A DNA stretch of 64,000 nucleotides, taken from the sequence record MH221129.1; one strand, given 5' to 3'. Shown piece after piece: positions 8,313 to 18,415 of the stretch. Every line of letters starts with the position of its first letter. Within the stretch, counting starts at the first letter, position 1. The translations under genes and the position numbers were made by a program. The notes below the pieces were generated by a model. The model was not told the origin of the DNA, made no database searches, and was given only the letters and a program-made list of their open reading frames with translations.

Positions 8313-9623
8313 CTATTCTGTAAATTTTTCGTCTTTCAACCACATGGTCAACTGGGACTGCGTGTTATAGCGTCCAGAAGCCATGGTCTGTCCATCAACG
8401 GCTGATTGGAATACTTCCCCAATCACTGTTCCGTAACGGGTGTAGACTCCATACTCATTCGCAAAAACGTATTTTACCGGCATACCCGGATAGATAAGTC
8501 CATGCGAAGAACGGTTCCAGGTCGTCTGCACTACTGTCCCCAACCCTTTCTCCAGTTCTGACCGTTGTGGTTTGTCGGTATCGCTGAAATGCTGATTAGG
8601 ATCGATGGGTGCGTTGACTACCCCGCCAGGATACGCCGCAGGGTTAGCCTGTGCGACGAATTTATCTGGAGTGGTCATACTGGTATCGCCTGGCGTAAAC
8701 GAGCTGCTACGACCGTCCAGGACGCGTACAGAGCCTACACGATAACCAGTACCTTTGTTCAGGGCATTCTGGTCACGGTTCTCCAAACTGTTAGTGTCGC
8801 CGCCACAAATCAAGTACAGCACGTTGCCAGCCAAATGGGCAGTACGGTCTAGGTGGGCAGCTTGTTCGCGGGGAAGGTTGTAAATAACCAACTTACGAAC
8901 GGTACTGGAGAACTTCTGTGAGTTCCACGGCTGGAACAGATACCAACGTTGCAGGTATTGGAAGATGCCTAATCCTTTGCTGTACACACCGTAGTGCTTC
9001 TGCAAATAATCGAACACCCCTAAGAAGTCCATCGAATCCGGTATCACGACATCGCGATAGGCTTGTTGTTCTTCCTCGTCGTACTCAACTCCTTTTAGTT
9101 GCCCTTCCCCTGCACTGCCTGTCGGTAACGTATCTGCCAGGATTGCCCGCGCAATAGTTAACCCGTCCGTCTCATGATAAATCCCACCAACCTGACGCAT
9201 TCGCAAGAACCACATCGATTCATCCATAAGCTCCAATGTCACCAGCGCAATCGACTTGTCGTTCGACTGGGACAGGAACATAGTGGGCGATTCGGCATCG
9301 TGGTCGCGGTTGTTTATCACGATTCCCCGGTAATTAAACACTCCTGCAATCTTTGTTCCCTGACGTAATAGCAGCTTCACTTTCAGGTCACCTTCTGCGC
9401 TTGAAGTTATCATGCGCATTTGGCTAAACGGTACTGCCAACGTTAGATGCGTAATCAGGCACATGTCCCGAACGAAATGCCCGGTGTGGATGATAGACAA
9501 CATCTTCAACACGGTAACCGGTGCATTACGCACCGTCAAGAATACACCGTAGTCGATAGCCGGTAACCCAGCCGCATTAGCGATATGGCTGTTCGCCATC
9601 TGTTGTAACCGACCGAACGACAT
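8313..9623 (-). CDS. Virion tail/baseplate protein (SPN3US gp64 / phiKZ gp101 position)
   Basis: 436 aa, last gene of a late operon; assignment by synteny. Confidence 0.6.
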   Translation of the reverse strand: MSFGRLQQMANSHIANAAGLPAIDYGVFLTVRNAPVTVLKMLSIIHTGHFVRDMCLITHLTLAVPFSQMRMITSSAEGDLKVKLLLRQGTKIAGVFNYRGIVINNRDHDAESPTMFLSQSNDKSIALVTLELMDESMWFLRMRQVGGIYHETDGLTIARAILADTLPTGSAGEGQLKGVEYDEEEQQAYRDVVIPDSMDFLGVFDYLQKHYGVYSKGLGIFQYLQRWYLFQPWNSQKFSSTVRKLVIYNLPREQAAHLDRTAHLAGNVLYLICGGDTNSLENRDQNALNKGTGYRVGSVRVLDGRSSSFTPGDTSMTTPDKFVAQANPAAYPGGVVNAPIDPNQHFSDTDKPQRSELEKGLGTVVQTTWNRSSHGLIYPGMPVKYVFANEYGVYTRYGTVIGEVFQSAVDGQTMASGRYNTQSQLTMWLKDEKFTE

Positions 9624-10159
9624 CAGCGACCCCCTCGTAACCGATAAGCGTATTCAATACGTTTCATAATCGTGTCGTTAAATCTGTGCTGCTGTGTTTC
9701 TAAGCGCACTTGACCGAATAATGACTGTAACGCCACGCCCATGGTAATCTCTGGCTTTTTGAAGTAGCCGTAACGGTTTGCAACCGGAAACAGCTTCGAA
9801 GCCAGTACGTTAAATTGGCGTAGCCCCTCAATAGGCACCTGTCGTTCAATCAGCTGCGGTGTTTCGAGATACTTCAGCCAATCAGCAAGGTGTTCCATAA
9901 TCCACCCGTAAACCTTAATCCCGTCATGCGGGTCGTTCACGTCTAAGGCACCCCCCGTCGCCAAATACTCGGCAGCATCAGAGGGGTGCAGGTAGATAGG
10001 TTTCATGTTCAACAGAAGCGCGTTCCGTTTCTTAGGATCTTCGGGCAAGAAAAGACCATACTCTTCCCGAGCGTATTGAGTGATGGTTGCATACTCCGGT
10101 ACCCGGAAGAAAACCCACCCTTTAAACAGCATAAATGCTGCACTGTGCTTCCGTGACAT
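9623..10159 (-). CDS. Conserved hypothetical protein (late operon)
   Basis: 178 aa, coupled to its neighbours. Confidence 0.7.
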   Translation of the reverse strand: MSRKHSAAFMLFKGWVFFRVPEYATITQYAREEYGLFLPEDPKKRNALLLNMKPIYLHPSDAAEYLATGGALDVNDPHDGIKVYGWIMEHLADWLKYLETPQLIERQVPIEGLRQFNVLASKLFPVANRYGYFKKPEITMGVALQSLFGQVRLETQQHRFNDTIMKRIEYAYRLRGGR

Positions 10160-10162
10160 GCA

Positions 10163-11518
10163 TTACCTCGCGTATTTCAACAGGACGTAAACGAATGGGA
10201 CGTAGTAAAACTGACTGTCTTTTGGCAGGGCCAATACTAGCTCCGCCAACTTCGCCGCAGTTTCACTCGGCACCGGTTGTTTACGCAAATAAAGCCACAG
10301 GCAGTGTTCCAATACACTTGCATAGCTGCCGCTGTAGAACGACTCGCTCAACAGATACGGCTTATACGTCAGCGGTGCAAACGCGACCATGGACTCTCCC
10401 GCATTCCCCTGATAGTTCTCTATCATCTGCGGCTCGAATGCGGTGAAGTTTGGCCATTCAGCTTCCCACTGGCTGATTTGATAAACCTGCGATGGGAAGA
10501 ACCGAGTAACAGTGAACTGAGACCAAGCAATCGTGTTGCGTGTCTGCATCGTGCGGAACGAACGTGTGTTCAGCGGTGAGTTATCTTTCTCAACGTACGG
10601 CAACAACTCTGGTTGCTGGTTAAGAATGACACCGAAGACCGTTTCGATATCCTGCACCGGTTTTGGTGGGTGCGGGTAAATACGAATGTCTTTACCAACT
10701 GTGCGTAGACCGATTGCTTTCACGAACATTGCCAGGAACACGTCGTAATAACCGCCCGCCTTTAACCCTTCCAGTTTCCAGTCACGCGGATACGCCAGTG
10801 TTTCCAGTGACGTGTCGTAGAACCGCTTCACGTACGTGTTCTCGATATCCTTGATACGGTCACCGAGTTGCAGAAACGCCCGGTACTCTTTGGGCGTCAG
10901 TAAAGTATCGCCACCTGTCCAAGCCCGTTCACGTACGTAGTACAGTTCACGTACAGTACACGTCCGAATCACCTCAGCCATCGCTGGGGTAACTTCGTAA
11001 AGCATCGTGTAACGAATCGCGTACGTCGCAACTTTGTTGTTGGACATCCTCGTCACGCTGGTGACATTGAATAAGCCAAAGCGATTATCACCGATGCTGG
11101 TAACAAAGAAGTTGCCTTCGTTTGGTGCGATGGACGACACAAGTGTCGCGACACCGGTGATTTCAAAGGTTTTGTTATCGTCAGCCTGTGTACGATCCAG
11201 CGGGGTGGTTACGCGCAGCAGCAGCCCAATGATTTTCTGGAACTGCTGCGTAGGGGCATCGATTTGGGTATCGAACATCGTTTTCGGGTCATTACGACCC
11301 AGCAACGAGTTGAAGAAATCGACCGGCCAATCGGAACCGTCGTTGTACTGGAGCAGATACTGTTTTGGGATACGGTCAAAGTCCGTCACCGTAGTCCGAC
11401 TCGGAACAGTCACCAAGTTCGTGGACTCTTTCACGCCGTCCTGCGCTTGATTCAGAACGGGTACTTCCTGTTCGATAGGTACGAACTTGGTATTACCCGA
11501 CTTCTTCGCCTGGAGCAT
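10163..11518 (-). CDS. Virion structural protein (SPN3US gp62 position)
   Basis: ORF 10163..11539; ATG 11518 preferred (AGAGGG SD). Synteny. Confidence 0.6.
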   Translation of the reverse strand: MLQAKKSGNTKFVPIEQEVPVLNQAQDGVKESTNLVTVPSRTTVTDFDRIPKQYLLQYNDGSDWPVDFFNSLLGRNDPKTMFDTQIDAPTQQFQKIIGLLLRVTTPLDRTQADDNKTFEITGVATLVSSIAPNEGNFFVTSIGDNRFGLFNVTSVTRMSNNKVATYAIRYTMLYEVTPAMAEVIRTCTVRELYYVRERAWTGGDTLLTPKEYRAFLQLGDRIKDIENTYVKRFYDTSLETLAYPRDWKLEGLKAGGYYDVFLAMFVKAIGLRTVGKDIRIYPHPPKPVQDIETVFGVILNQQPELLPYVEKDNSPLNTRSFRTMQTRNTIAWSQFTVTRFFPSQVYQISQWEAEWPNFTAFEPQMIENYQGNAGESMVAFAPLTYKPYLLSESFYSGSYASVLEHCLWLYLRKQPVPSETAAKLAELVLALPKDSQFYYVPFVYVLLKYAR

Positions 11519-13007
11519 TATCAGTCCCTCTAATAGCAATGATACTGCTGTTAAAGACAGTCAGCAGAATACGTTTATCTGGGTTCGGAATGAGCTTATC
11601 GATATCGTCAATAACGCTTGGTGGCAGTACCGGAAGATCCCACCACCAATCTGGACAAGCCCATTTCGGGAACAGCCACTCGATGAGCACTTTCGCGGCT
11701 TTCGGATACAGGTTCAGCGGGAACAAATCAAGCCCACGCCAATCCGCGATAGCTGACTCCGTTAAGAAGTACGCCTTGTTCACTTTCACATCACGGTTGC
11801 GCAGTGAAAAGACACCGTCTTCCCAATGGTAGAAGCGCGGCTCAATAATCTGGCCTTCTTCAAACAGCTCCATTCTGATGATGCCCGTTTGCCCGGTAGG
11901 GTCAATAGTGCGACAGTGTTCAATGTACGGAATCAACTCCGGGTTCCACACGTACGGCAAATCAGTGACGTTGCAGATTTCGGGATTGGACATGTTCTCT
12001 TCACCGAAACCGACATCGGTACCGAATACCGTCACCAACTTATCTTTCAGTGGTGAATGCGTACGTTCGAACTGCTCATACGGGCACAGCAAGTACGGCA
12101 AGCGGATGAAGCGGTGAGATTCGTTAATCCACCATGTCCCATCCAGATTAGCCTGCTGTTGATGGCGGGCTACGTCTTCTTCGTTACTGACCCACGGTGG
12201 GTCAATTTGCGGCCACCAAACGTCAGGTAACGGCGTCTGGTTAATGATGTACGGATACGAGACCACAATCTCTTCTGGACGTTGATACGAGAAACGTACC
12301 ACGAACGTCGCTTCGTAGTGGTTCTCGTCTTTGTCCCATGTTGGGGAAACCACATCATAAACCGTCTCCACACGAGTAGGTGAATAACGTACGGCTAAGG
12401 TGTTTTGTCCGCCGGCCACGTTTCCGGTGGTAAACACCTCTGGCGCAAAATGGGCTTTTAGATAGTCTTTGAAATCGTCGTACTTAGGAACGCGCGTTCC
12501 CGCTGCAATGTAGCACTCGTTGAGCAACTTCAGTGCAGGTTTTGGAATAAGGTAATACGCTTCCGATTCTGTCATGGTCGAATAACGACCCATGTCTACT
12601 AAAGAATCTAAGCGGTTTGTCCAACGCAACAATTCGTCGCGTGACGGCCCGACACGACGGAACGTGACGGTGACATTATACATAACGCGGACAGGAGCAG
12701 CGCGTACTTGATCGTCGGTATTGTGGAAGAATGGCAACTCGGCAGCCAAACCAACCTGACGATTGATTCGTGCCATCTCATCGCGTTCTTCTTCCACTTC
12801 AACGTAGACACGGTTCGGGGCAGCATAATCCACGGGGGTCTCATCCCCGAGCGTAGAGCCGGGTTGGTGTGCCGTGTTAAAGCTGTCCATGTACACAACA
12901 GCAGCCCGGTCAATACCAGACTCGTTCAGTACGCGTTCTACGACGCCGTCGACCACAGCCTTGCGCATGGTCTTGTCCAACGATGGAATTTCGAAATACT
13001 GTTGCAT
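11493..13007 (-). CDS. Virion structural protein (SPN3US gp61 position)
   Basis: 504 aa, SD GAGGG, TATG late-promoter candidate upstream. Confidence 0.6.
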   Translation of the reverse strand: MQQYFEIPSLDKTMRKAVVDGVVERVLNESGIDRAAVVYMDSFNTAHQPGSTLGDETPVDYAAPNRVYVEVEEERDEMARINRQVGLAAELPFFHNTDDQVRAAPVRVMYNVTVTFRRVGPSRDELLRWTNRLDSLVDMGRYSTMTESEAYYLIPKPALKLLNECYIAAGTRVPKYDDFKDYLKAHFAPEVFTTGNVAGGQNTLAVRYSPTRVETVYDVVSPTWDKDENHYEATFVVRFSYQRPEEIVVSYPYIINQTPLPDVWWPQIDPPWVSNEEDVARHQQQANLDGTWWINESHRFIRLPYLLCPYEQFERTHSPLKDKLVTVFGTDVGFGEENMSNPEICNVTDLPYVWNPELIPYIEHCRTIDPTGQTGIIRMELFEEGQIIEPRFYHWEDGVFSLRNRDVKVNKAYFLTESAIADWRGLDLFPLNLYPKAAKVLIEWLFPKWACPDWWWDLPVLPPSVIDDIDKLIPNPDKRILLTVFNSSIIAIRGTDNAPGEEVG

Positions 13008-13027
13008 TAGCTGTCCCTCGTTGTAGT

Positions 13028-13031
13028 CATA
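13028..13031 (-). promoter_or_regulatory. Candidate late promoter TATG (similar at 35335-35338 -, 38937-38940 -, 58789-58792 +)
   Basis: The phiKZ nvRNAP late consensus TATG lies 15-30 nt upstream of four structural gene starts. The motif is short, so chance occurrence is possible. Confidence 0.4.
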
Positions 13032-13048
13032 TCACTGGCCTAAAACGC

Positions 13049-13077
13049 AAAAAAAAAAGAAGGGGACCGAAGTCCCC
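13049..13077 (-). terminator. Intrinsic terminator closing early island 2
   Basis: GGGGAC-TTCG-GTCCCC then TTCTTTTTTTTTT. Confidence 0.85.
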
Positions 13078-13082
13078 ACACG

Positions 13083-13673
13083 TTAACGTGCTTTCCCTCT
13101 GAAGGAAGCACGCAGCTGGCCCATCGTGTAATAAGGGCTAGGCTTGAACGACATCATGGTGTGGCCATTAATGAGAATGACCTCATCAGGGCTGATGCCG
13201 TATTCACCAAAATACTTTTCAATCCATTCGACAACCGGGGTGTTACCTGCGGCGGGTTTACGTTGTTTAAACGGCACCACGCTCTCAGGTGGCCGGCGTA
13301 TAAACGCCAACACTTGTTCCTTTTCCAGAATCCGGTTTTCTACTTCACCGATAGGAATTGGCCGCGTACCGTCCGGACGGTATGATTCACCCAGACGAAT
13401 ATCACCCATGCGCAATTTAGAGCCATTGGCGATCAGTGTGTCGCCAGTTGTTGTTTTACCATCCGGCAACGTTAGCACGACATCTTCGGCTTTAACATCG
13501 CATGAACCCAAACGTTTCGTTAGCCAGTTTACCACTAACGTACGCGGGGGTGCGGGAATACTCCACAGATCGCTATAGGATGCTCGACCAATATCGGCCG
13601 ATAGCAATTTAATATTCACGCGTTCAATCTTCAATACCGCCGCTTCTAAGCGGGGTGCACGTTCACTAATCAT
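13083..13673 (-). CDS. Hypothetical protein with possible internal duplication
   Basis: 196 aa, SD TAAGGAG. Confidence 0.75.
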   Translation of the reverse strand: MISERAPRLEAAVLKIERVNIKLLSADIGRASYSDLWSIPAPPRTLVVNWLTKRLGSCDVKAEDVVLTLPDGKTTTGDTLIANGSKLRMGDIRLGESYRPDGTRPIPIGEVENRILEKEQVLAFIRRPPESVVPFKQRKPAAGNTPVVEWIEKYFGEYGISPDEVILINGHTMMSFKPSPYYTMGQLRASFRGKAR

Positions 13674-13701
13674 CTTAATACTCCTTAAGAAAACAACACT
13701 G

Positions 13702-14031
13702 TTAAATGTAAGCCATCCACTCCCGACGCCAGCGCGGATACTCTATCCCAGCCAGCCCGTGTTTATCACGCCAAACGGTCAGACGTTGAGCAACCCCAAC
13801 GAGGATGTCCGAAGGGTTCTTCCCACCGACAGAGGTAAGCAAAGAAGCACACTGTTCAGGGTCATCGACGAAATGGTAATGTGGTTCTTTGTGACCGAAG
13901 ATTAAATAGAAACCGTCGCCACAACCCAACACGTCCGTTAACTCCATCGGACAGCTGGTGATTTCACGGGCCACTTTACGTGCATCTTCGGTGATGTTGA
14001 AACGGTGTACAGTTTTTGCATTCTTGCTCAT
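13702..14031 (-). CDS. Hypothetical protein
   Basis: 109 aa, ATGA coupling. Confidence 0.65.
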   Translation of the reverse strand: MSKNAKTVHRFNITEDARKVAREITSCPMELTDVLGCGDGFYLIFGHKEPHYHFVDDPEQCASLLTSVGGKNPSDILVGVAQRLTVWRDKHGLAGIEYPRWRREWMAYI

Positions 14032-14582
14032 TCGTTTACACTCTTCGGAAATAAAGGTAAGTCTTCTGTCCGCAGATAATGGTCACCTAGTGCCAAAACT
14101 GCTTTCTGTAAATTAACCAAATCATTGCCCATTTCTGCGGCAAAGTTTTCTGGCTCGTAGCCGATGGCTTCTTTGATGTTGAAGTAACGTGTCGGTGACC
14201 AAGTACCCCACATCATAACTGTGGCATCTGTCGGCCAGTTGTAATCCAGGTAATGGCCAATCCCGTCCCATAAACCGTCATTCCGTCGGATGGCTCTCCA
14301 CCCACTGCCGTGAATAACACACCACTGGAACGTGAAGTCTTTCACGTTTATGCAGTATATACGTTCGATGCAATGGTCTTCTTTCAGTTGAACAAAGTAA
14401 CGATAACCCTCTTCCTCCGTCCACTTCTCGAATTGCTTCACACCGAAATCAATACCTTCACCTTCGACGTTTAATGACCAATAGGGCATGTCGCTAATGT
14501 CTTCCAGCGTTTTGAGAACGTGCTCATGTTTGGTAGCATATAGTCCGGGGGCGGGGTTCTTTACAATGAGTTCTGTAGTCAT
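14028..14582 (-). CDS. Hypothetical protein
   Basis: 184 aa, ATGA coupling to DHFR. Confidence 0.7.
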   Translation of the reverse strand: MTTELIVKNPAPGLYATKHEHVLKTLEDISDMPYWSLNVEGEGIDFGVKQFEKWTEEEGYRYFVQLKEDHCIERIYCINVKDFTFQWCVIHGSGWRAIRRNDGLWDGIGHYLDYNWPTDATVMMWGTWSPTRYFNIKEAIGYEPENFAAEMGNDLVNLQKAVLALGDHYLRTEDLPLFPKSVNE

Positions 14583-15184
14583 TCAGTTACCTCGGCTTTT
14601 ATCACTTTAGCAACGCCCCAGCGAACGCTACCAGCCAGTTCACCGTTGTTAACACGGTTCCAGATTTGATAGTGCCAGTCGTGGGTGTTCTTTTCATTGT
14701 CTTTCAAATGGCGGGTACGGTAATCCATCCGCCAGACGTCCCGGTCAATCTCCGGGAAGTATGCATCGGCATCAGCCACCATCAATTCAATGCGTGATAA
14801 ATAGATAGTATCTGCATAGTCGATAGTTTGATGGTAAATTTCCGCCCCGCCGATAATGAAGACTTCTGGAGGAAAGCCGCCAGCATCTACCAGTGTCCGC
14901 GCGGAACTAAGCGCGGTTGGCAATGATGGTGCCGCCACCACGCCGTTGTTCTCTGGAAGTTTCACCGATAATACAGCTTTGGGATCACGACTCACCACGA
15001 TACATTTACGATTCGGCAGTGGGCTGCAGCCTAGCGATTCCCAGGTCCTGCGTCCCATGATAACTATCTTCCCTGTCGTCAGCGCTTTAAAGTTGGCTAG
15101 GTCTGCTGGAAGACGCCATGGGAGTTTGTTCCCTTTGCCGATTGCGCCGTTAAGGTCACATGCCGCGATAATTGACAGTTTCAT
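14579..15184 (-). CDS. folA: Dihydrofolate reductase
   Basis: IIAAC..NGAIG.GNKLPW.LPADL..FK..T.G..VIMGRRTWES..PLPNR..IVVSR, FIIGGAEIY, DAYFP. Confidence 0.97.
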   Translation of the reverse strand: MKLSIIAACDLNGAIGKGNKLPWRLPADLANFKALTTGKIVIMGRRTWESLGCSPLPNRKCIVVSRDPKAVLSVKLPENNGVVAAPSLPTALSSARTLVDAGGFPPEVFIIGGAEIYHQTIDYADTIYLSRIELMVADADAYFPEIDRDVWRMDYRTRHLKDNEKNTHDWHYQIWNRVNNGELAGSVRWGVAKVIKAEVTE

Positions 15185-15561
15185 TTAATTCCCTTCTCTT
15201 TAATTCGTGCAATCTCTTTCATGGTTTCACGCAAGTAACGGCATAGCTTCTGCCTGTCCAGCGTAATCGTCAGTGGTTCTTCACCGATAAACATCAGTGA
15301 CACCGTTCGTGGTTCGGCTTCGAGCAGGAGTGAATCCATCCGCCAGGAAGAGATTTTGCCTTGGCCGAACACGGGTTGACGTAAACGCATGGTGATAGGA
15401 CCGAGGTACTCACGGTCACCAAGCTGCAGCAGTGCGCCCGCGATGTCTTCTTCCACCACAGCGAGCGTATGTTCAGCACCGGTGGCGGTTTTAATACGTA
15501 GAATCGGTTGCACAGAAACAGCCGCTTCCATTTTAAACTGGAACTTTAATTCTTCAGGCAT
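15181..15561 (-). CDS. Hypothetical protein
   Basis: ATG 15561 preferred (GGAGAGGG SD); about 126 aa. Confidence 0.7.
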   Translation of the reverse strand: MPEELKFQFKMEAAVSVQPILRIKTATGAEHTLAVVEEDIAGALLQLGDREYLGPITMRLRQPVFGQGKISSWRMDSLLLEAEPRTVSLMFIGEEPLTITLDRQKLCRYLRETMKEIARIKEKGIK

Positions 15562-15571
15562 AACCCTCTCC

Positions 15572-15602
15572 AAAAAATATAGGTAGCCCGGAGGCTACCT
15601 AT
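15572..15602 (-). terminator. Intrinsic terminator within early island 2
   Basis: ATAGGTAGCC-TCCG-GGCTACCTAT then ATTTTTT. Confidence 0.8.
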
Positions 15603-15607
15603 TTGTT

Positions 15608-16177
15608 TCAATTCACCATGCGCTTGCCAGGAACGCGGTCAGTCGGCATTACCCAGTTAGGTGCATTCAGATTCACCACATCGCCCGCAGGGTTGTTCTC
15701 TGCGATAAACATAAGGTCTTCACGCACTAACGTCTGACGTATCCACAAATAGGATTTCAGTTCACCAACCGCACCTGGGTCAACTACCACCTTCGATTGG
15801 AACCCTTCGATTTCCACCGGTAGGCGTTCATTCTTTCGACGGGCGAAGTGCTCCACTTTGGTATAATCGTGGCTACAAACCTTACTCATCGGTTCCAGTC
15901 CTGCATCAAGCAGATACTTCCACAACCCTTCCAACTCTGGGTGGTTGTTCTTGTTAAATTCTTCGTTGATGTAGAACTCGCAATTACCGTAGACCAGCGA
16001 CTTCTTCTTAGCCACGTGTTTGTCAGCACAAAGGACGAATACCGCCAAGCCCATCATAACCGGACGCGGCACCGCCACCATGTCGGTAGAGGTGATGAGT
16101 GTACTGATAGGTGCCCACAGCGGAGAGGATGCCTGGCACTTTACTTCTTTAACATTCAGCAGGTTGATACGTTTCAC
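15608..16177 (-). CDS. Hypothetical protein
   Basis: 189 aa, GTG start, SD TAAGGAG. Confidence 0.75.
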   Translation of the reverse strand: MKRINLLNVKEVKCQASSPLWAPISTLITSTDMVAVPRPVMMGLAVFVLCADKHVAKKKSLVYGNCEFYINEEFNKNNHPELEGLWKYLLDAGLEPMSKVCSHDYTKVEHFARRKNERLPVEIEGFQSKVVVDPGAVGELKSYLWIRQTLVREDLMFIAENNPAGDVVNLNAPNWVMPTDRVPGKRMVN

Positions 16178-16234
16178 GATAATACTCCTTAAGATTAATG
16201 GTCGACTACATACAGTTTCGGGCGAATGTAATAT

Positions 16235-16990
16235 TTACGCTGCTGGTTCTTCCGCGGGTTTCAGTTCAACGGGCTTCATCAGAGAATTCGCACACTCGAA
16301 GATGGCATCCAGGAAACCACGGTACGGTTTCATGGCTTCGCGTTGGGCGCTCTGACGTTCTTCTTCGACAGCGTCTGCTTGTGCCTGAATCTCTTCGGCA
16401 GTCAGCTCCGGATGTTCTGTCATGCTTTCTGCCAGAGTCATCACTTTCGGCTGCGCATTCAGAATCGGAATGCGACGAATAACCTTGGTGATATTCCCGA
16501 GCTTAATCCCACCCAGCATGGTTTCGAACAGCGTACCGAAATCTTGCAGTGGGTCTTCACTGACTTCCAGTACCGCTGGGGTTGCTACCAGTCCTATTGC
16601 AATGACCAGTTCAACGGCGGTGTCGGTGACATGTGCTGCGAACGGGGTACCTTCCATTTGCAGGTAGTTGTTGCCGTTGTAAGTCACTGGGGTGAATTTG
16701 ATTTCTTCCCCTTTCTTCAGGCGAAGTGTGTCGACTGCGGCTTTGTACTGAACTTCGTACAGCTCTGGCTTAACACCGTCAACGTTGTCCAGCGTAAAGA
16801 ACAGGTCACCCACCGCCATGCGGCGTGGGAGTTTGCGTTTGTTGATTTCACGCAGCCAAACCTGTAAGCCAGTGAATTGGATTGGGGACAGGATGACTTT
16901 AAAGCCGTTGGTTGCTTGCAGGATAGCACCATCGTCTTCGCTACGTTCGATAGAGCCATTAGCCAGGGTGAGCAGATTGATAGTTTTCAT
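16235..16990 (-). CDS. Hypothetical early protein
   Basis: ATG 16990 (AAGGA SD), biased codons, first gene after the early promoter at 17047. Confidence 0.8.
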   Translation of the reverse strand: MKTINLLTLANGSIERSEDDGAILQATNGFKVILSPIQFTGLQVWLREINKRKLPRRMAVGDLFFTLDNVDGVKPELYEVQYKAAVDTLRLKKGEEIKFTPVTYNGNNYLQMEGTPFAAHVTDTAVELVIAIGLVATPAVLEVSEDPLQDFGTLFETMLGGIKLGNITKVIRRIPILNAQPKVMTLAESMTEHPELTAEEIQAQADAVEEERQSAQREAMKPYRGFLDAIFECANSLMKPVELKPAEEPAA

Positions 16991-17037
16991 TTTCAATATT
17001 CCTTAAGTGATAGTCGGTTAAAAGATTACCAATGCAA

Positions 17038-17065
17038 TCTCACCTAGGTAATATATATCTGAAAT
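17038..17065 (-). promoter_or_regulatory. Early (virion RNAP) promoter
   Basis: 28-bp exact copy of 6872-6899 containing TATATTAC. Confidence 0.75.
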
Positions 17066-17082
17066 CTTTTCTAATCCGAGAC

Positions 17083-17122
17083 AAAAAAAGAAAGGGTAAA
17101 TCCCCCACCGAAGTGGGGGATT
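17083..17122 (-). terminator. Intrinsic terminator of the head-protein operon
   Basis: AATCCCCCAC-TTCG-GTGGGGGATT then TACCCTTTCTTTTTTT. Confidence 0.85.
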
Positions 17123-17133
17123 CGCCAGCCTAA

Positions 17134-18399
17134 TTACTTAGACTTTTCGTACGCACCGATACCAGCGCTGATGTAGCCGTTAACGCCAGCGATCAGGTTT
17201 TTCTGGCCAGTTGCAACGCAACGTTCGGTCCAGGAGATGTACTGGTTCGCAACAGTGATTGCACGACGTGCAACACGGACGTTGGAAGTCAGTTCAGCGT
17301 TGTCGTCGATCTTCACGCCGTCGATACGTTTCAGCAGTTTCTCAATAGCCTGCTCGTAACGCTCTTGAGCCTGGTTATTTTTGTGGTATGCTTTCACGTT
17401 CTCTTCGACTGCTTTACCCAGCTGGTTGAAGAACGCAACCAGGGAAGACAGAGTCTGAGTAGACGGAGTAGAAACAGACTGCTCTACGCTACCTTCGGCG
17501 TCGATAACAGTGAAGGAAGCTTCCAGGTCATCCCCGTTCACTTTCACTTCAGCTTTACCGATCTGGTTGCCCAGCAGCTGTACTTCGCCCGCTTTGCCTG
17601 CAGTTGCTTTGTTAACTGCTGCTGCAAAGCCAGAGCCCAGTTTGCCACCTTCAACAGCGCCAACCATGGTGGTAGCGGCTGCAACAACTGCATCCTGCTC
17701 ACCGTAGATGCTGCCGATAGAAGACAGAACGCCTTTCAGGGCATTGGTGTCATCACCGACGAATTTACCACCAGTGGTCAGGTTCTTAATGAACCCACCG
17801 CTAACGGTGTCTTTCTTCTGCTTGCCCAGGCCACGCAGAGCAGCGTCATATTTCTTAGCACGCGCCTGAATGGATTTACCCTGGTTGCTGAACTTCAGCC
17901 AACGGTCTTTAACCTTACGGCCTTGTTCTTTCAGCCAGTCGTAGATACGCTGCAGGAACGCTTTGATGTCGTCCCACAGAGATTCACGAGCAACCTGACG
18001 ACGGTTACGAGCGCCGTAGGATTCACGAGCAACGCTTACGCGGTGTTCGAAAGCCCAACGCTTACGGATAGACTCTTGCGCGACGTCCAGCTGCTCTGCA
18101 GCTTCGTCAGGCATGTCTTCTTCCGCTTCCATCGGTTCTTCGCCTTCCACCGGCTCACCTTCGCCCGCAGCAGCAGCTTCAGCTGCGTCTACAGAGTCCA
18201 GCTGTGCATCGGTTTCGTCGCCGTCTTCAGCCATTACGTCCGCTTCCGCGTCCATCTGATCGATAGGCTTGGTGTCGTGCTCGATGTCGGCCAGAGTACC
18301 TTCTACGGACTCTGCCGGCAGCTCGATACCGTCCGGCACGATAGTACCTGCGCCTTCGACTGATTCGCGAGCGATTTTACGTTGTGCAAAGTTTGCCAT
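17134..18399 (-). CDS. High-copy internal head (ejection) protein, SPN3US gp54 / phiKZ gp93 family
   Basis: ATG 18399 (MANFAQRKIARES). Acidic propeptide with AQE/ARE sites followed by SLWDDIKAFLQRIYDW. Paralog of 18477..19754. Confidence 0.8.
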   Translation of the reverse strand: MANFAQRKIARESVEGAGTIVPDGIELPAESVEGTLADIEHDTKPIDQMDAEADVMAEDGDETDAQLDSVDAAEAAAAGEGEPVEGEEPMEAEEDMPDEAAEQLDVAQESIRKRWAFEHRVSVARESYGARNRRQVARESLWDDIKAFLQRIYDWLKEQGRKVKDRWLKFSNQGKSIQARAKKYDAALRGLGKQKKDTVSGGFIKNLTTGGKFVGDDTNALKGVLSSIGSIYGEQDAVVAAATTMVGAVEGGKLGSGFAAAVNKATAGKAGEVQLLGNQIGKAEVKVNGDDLEASFTVIDAEGSVEQSVSTPSTQTLSSLVAFFNQLGKAVEENVKAYHKNNQAQERYEQAIEKLLKRIDGVKIDDNAELTSNVRVARRAITVANQYISWTERCVATGQKNLIAGVNGYISAGIGAYEKSK

Positions 18400-18415
18400 C
18401 TTTTTAGATCCTCTA

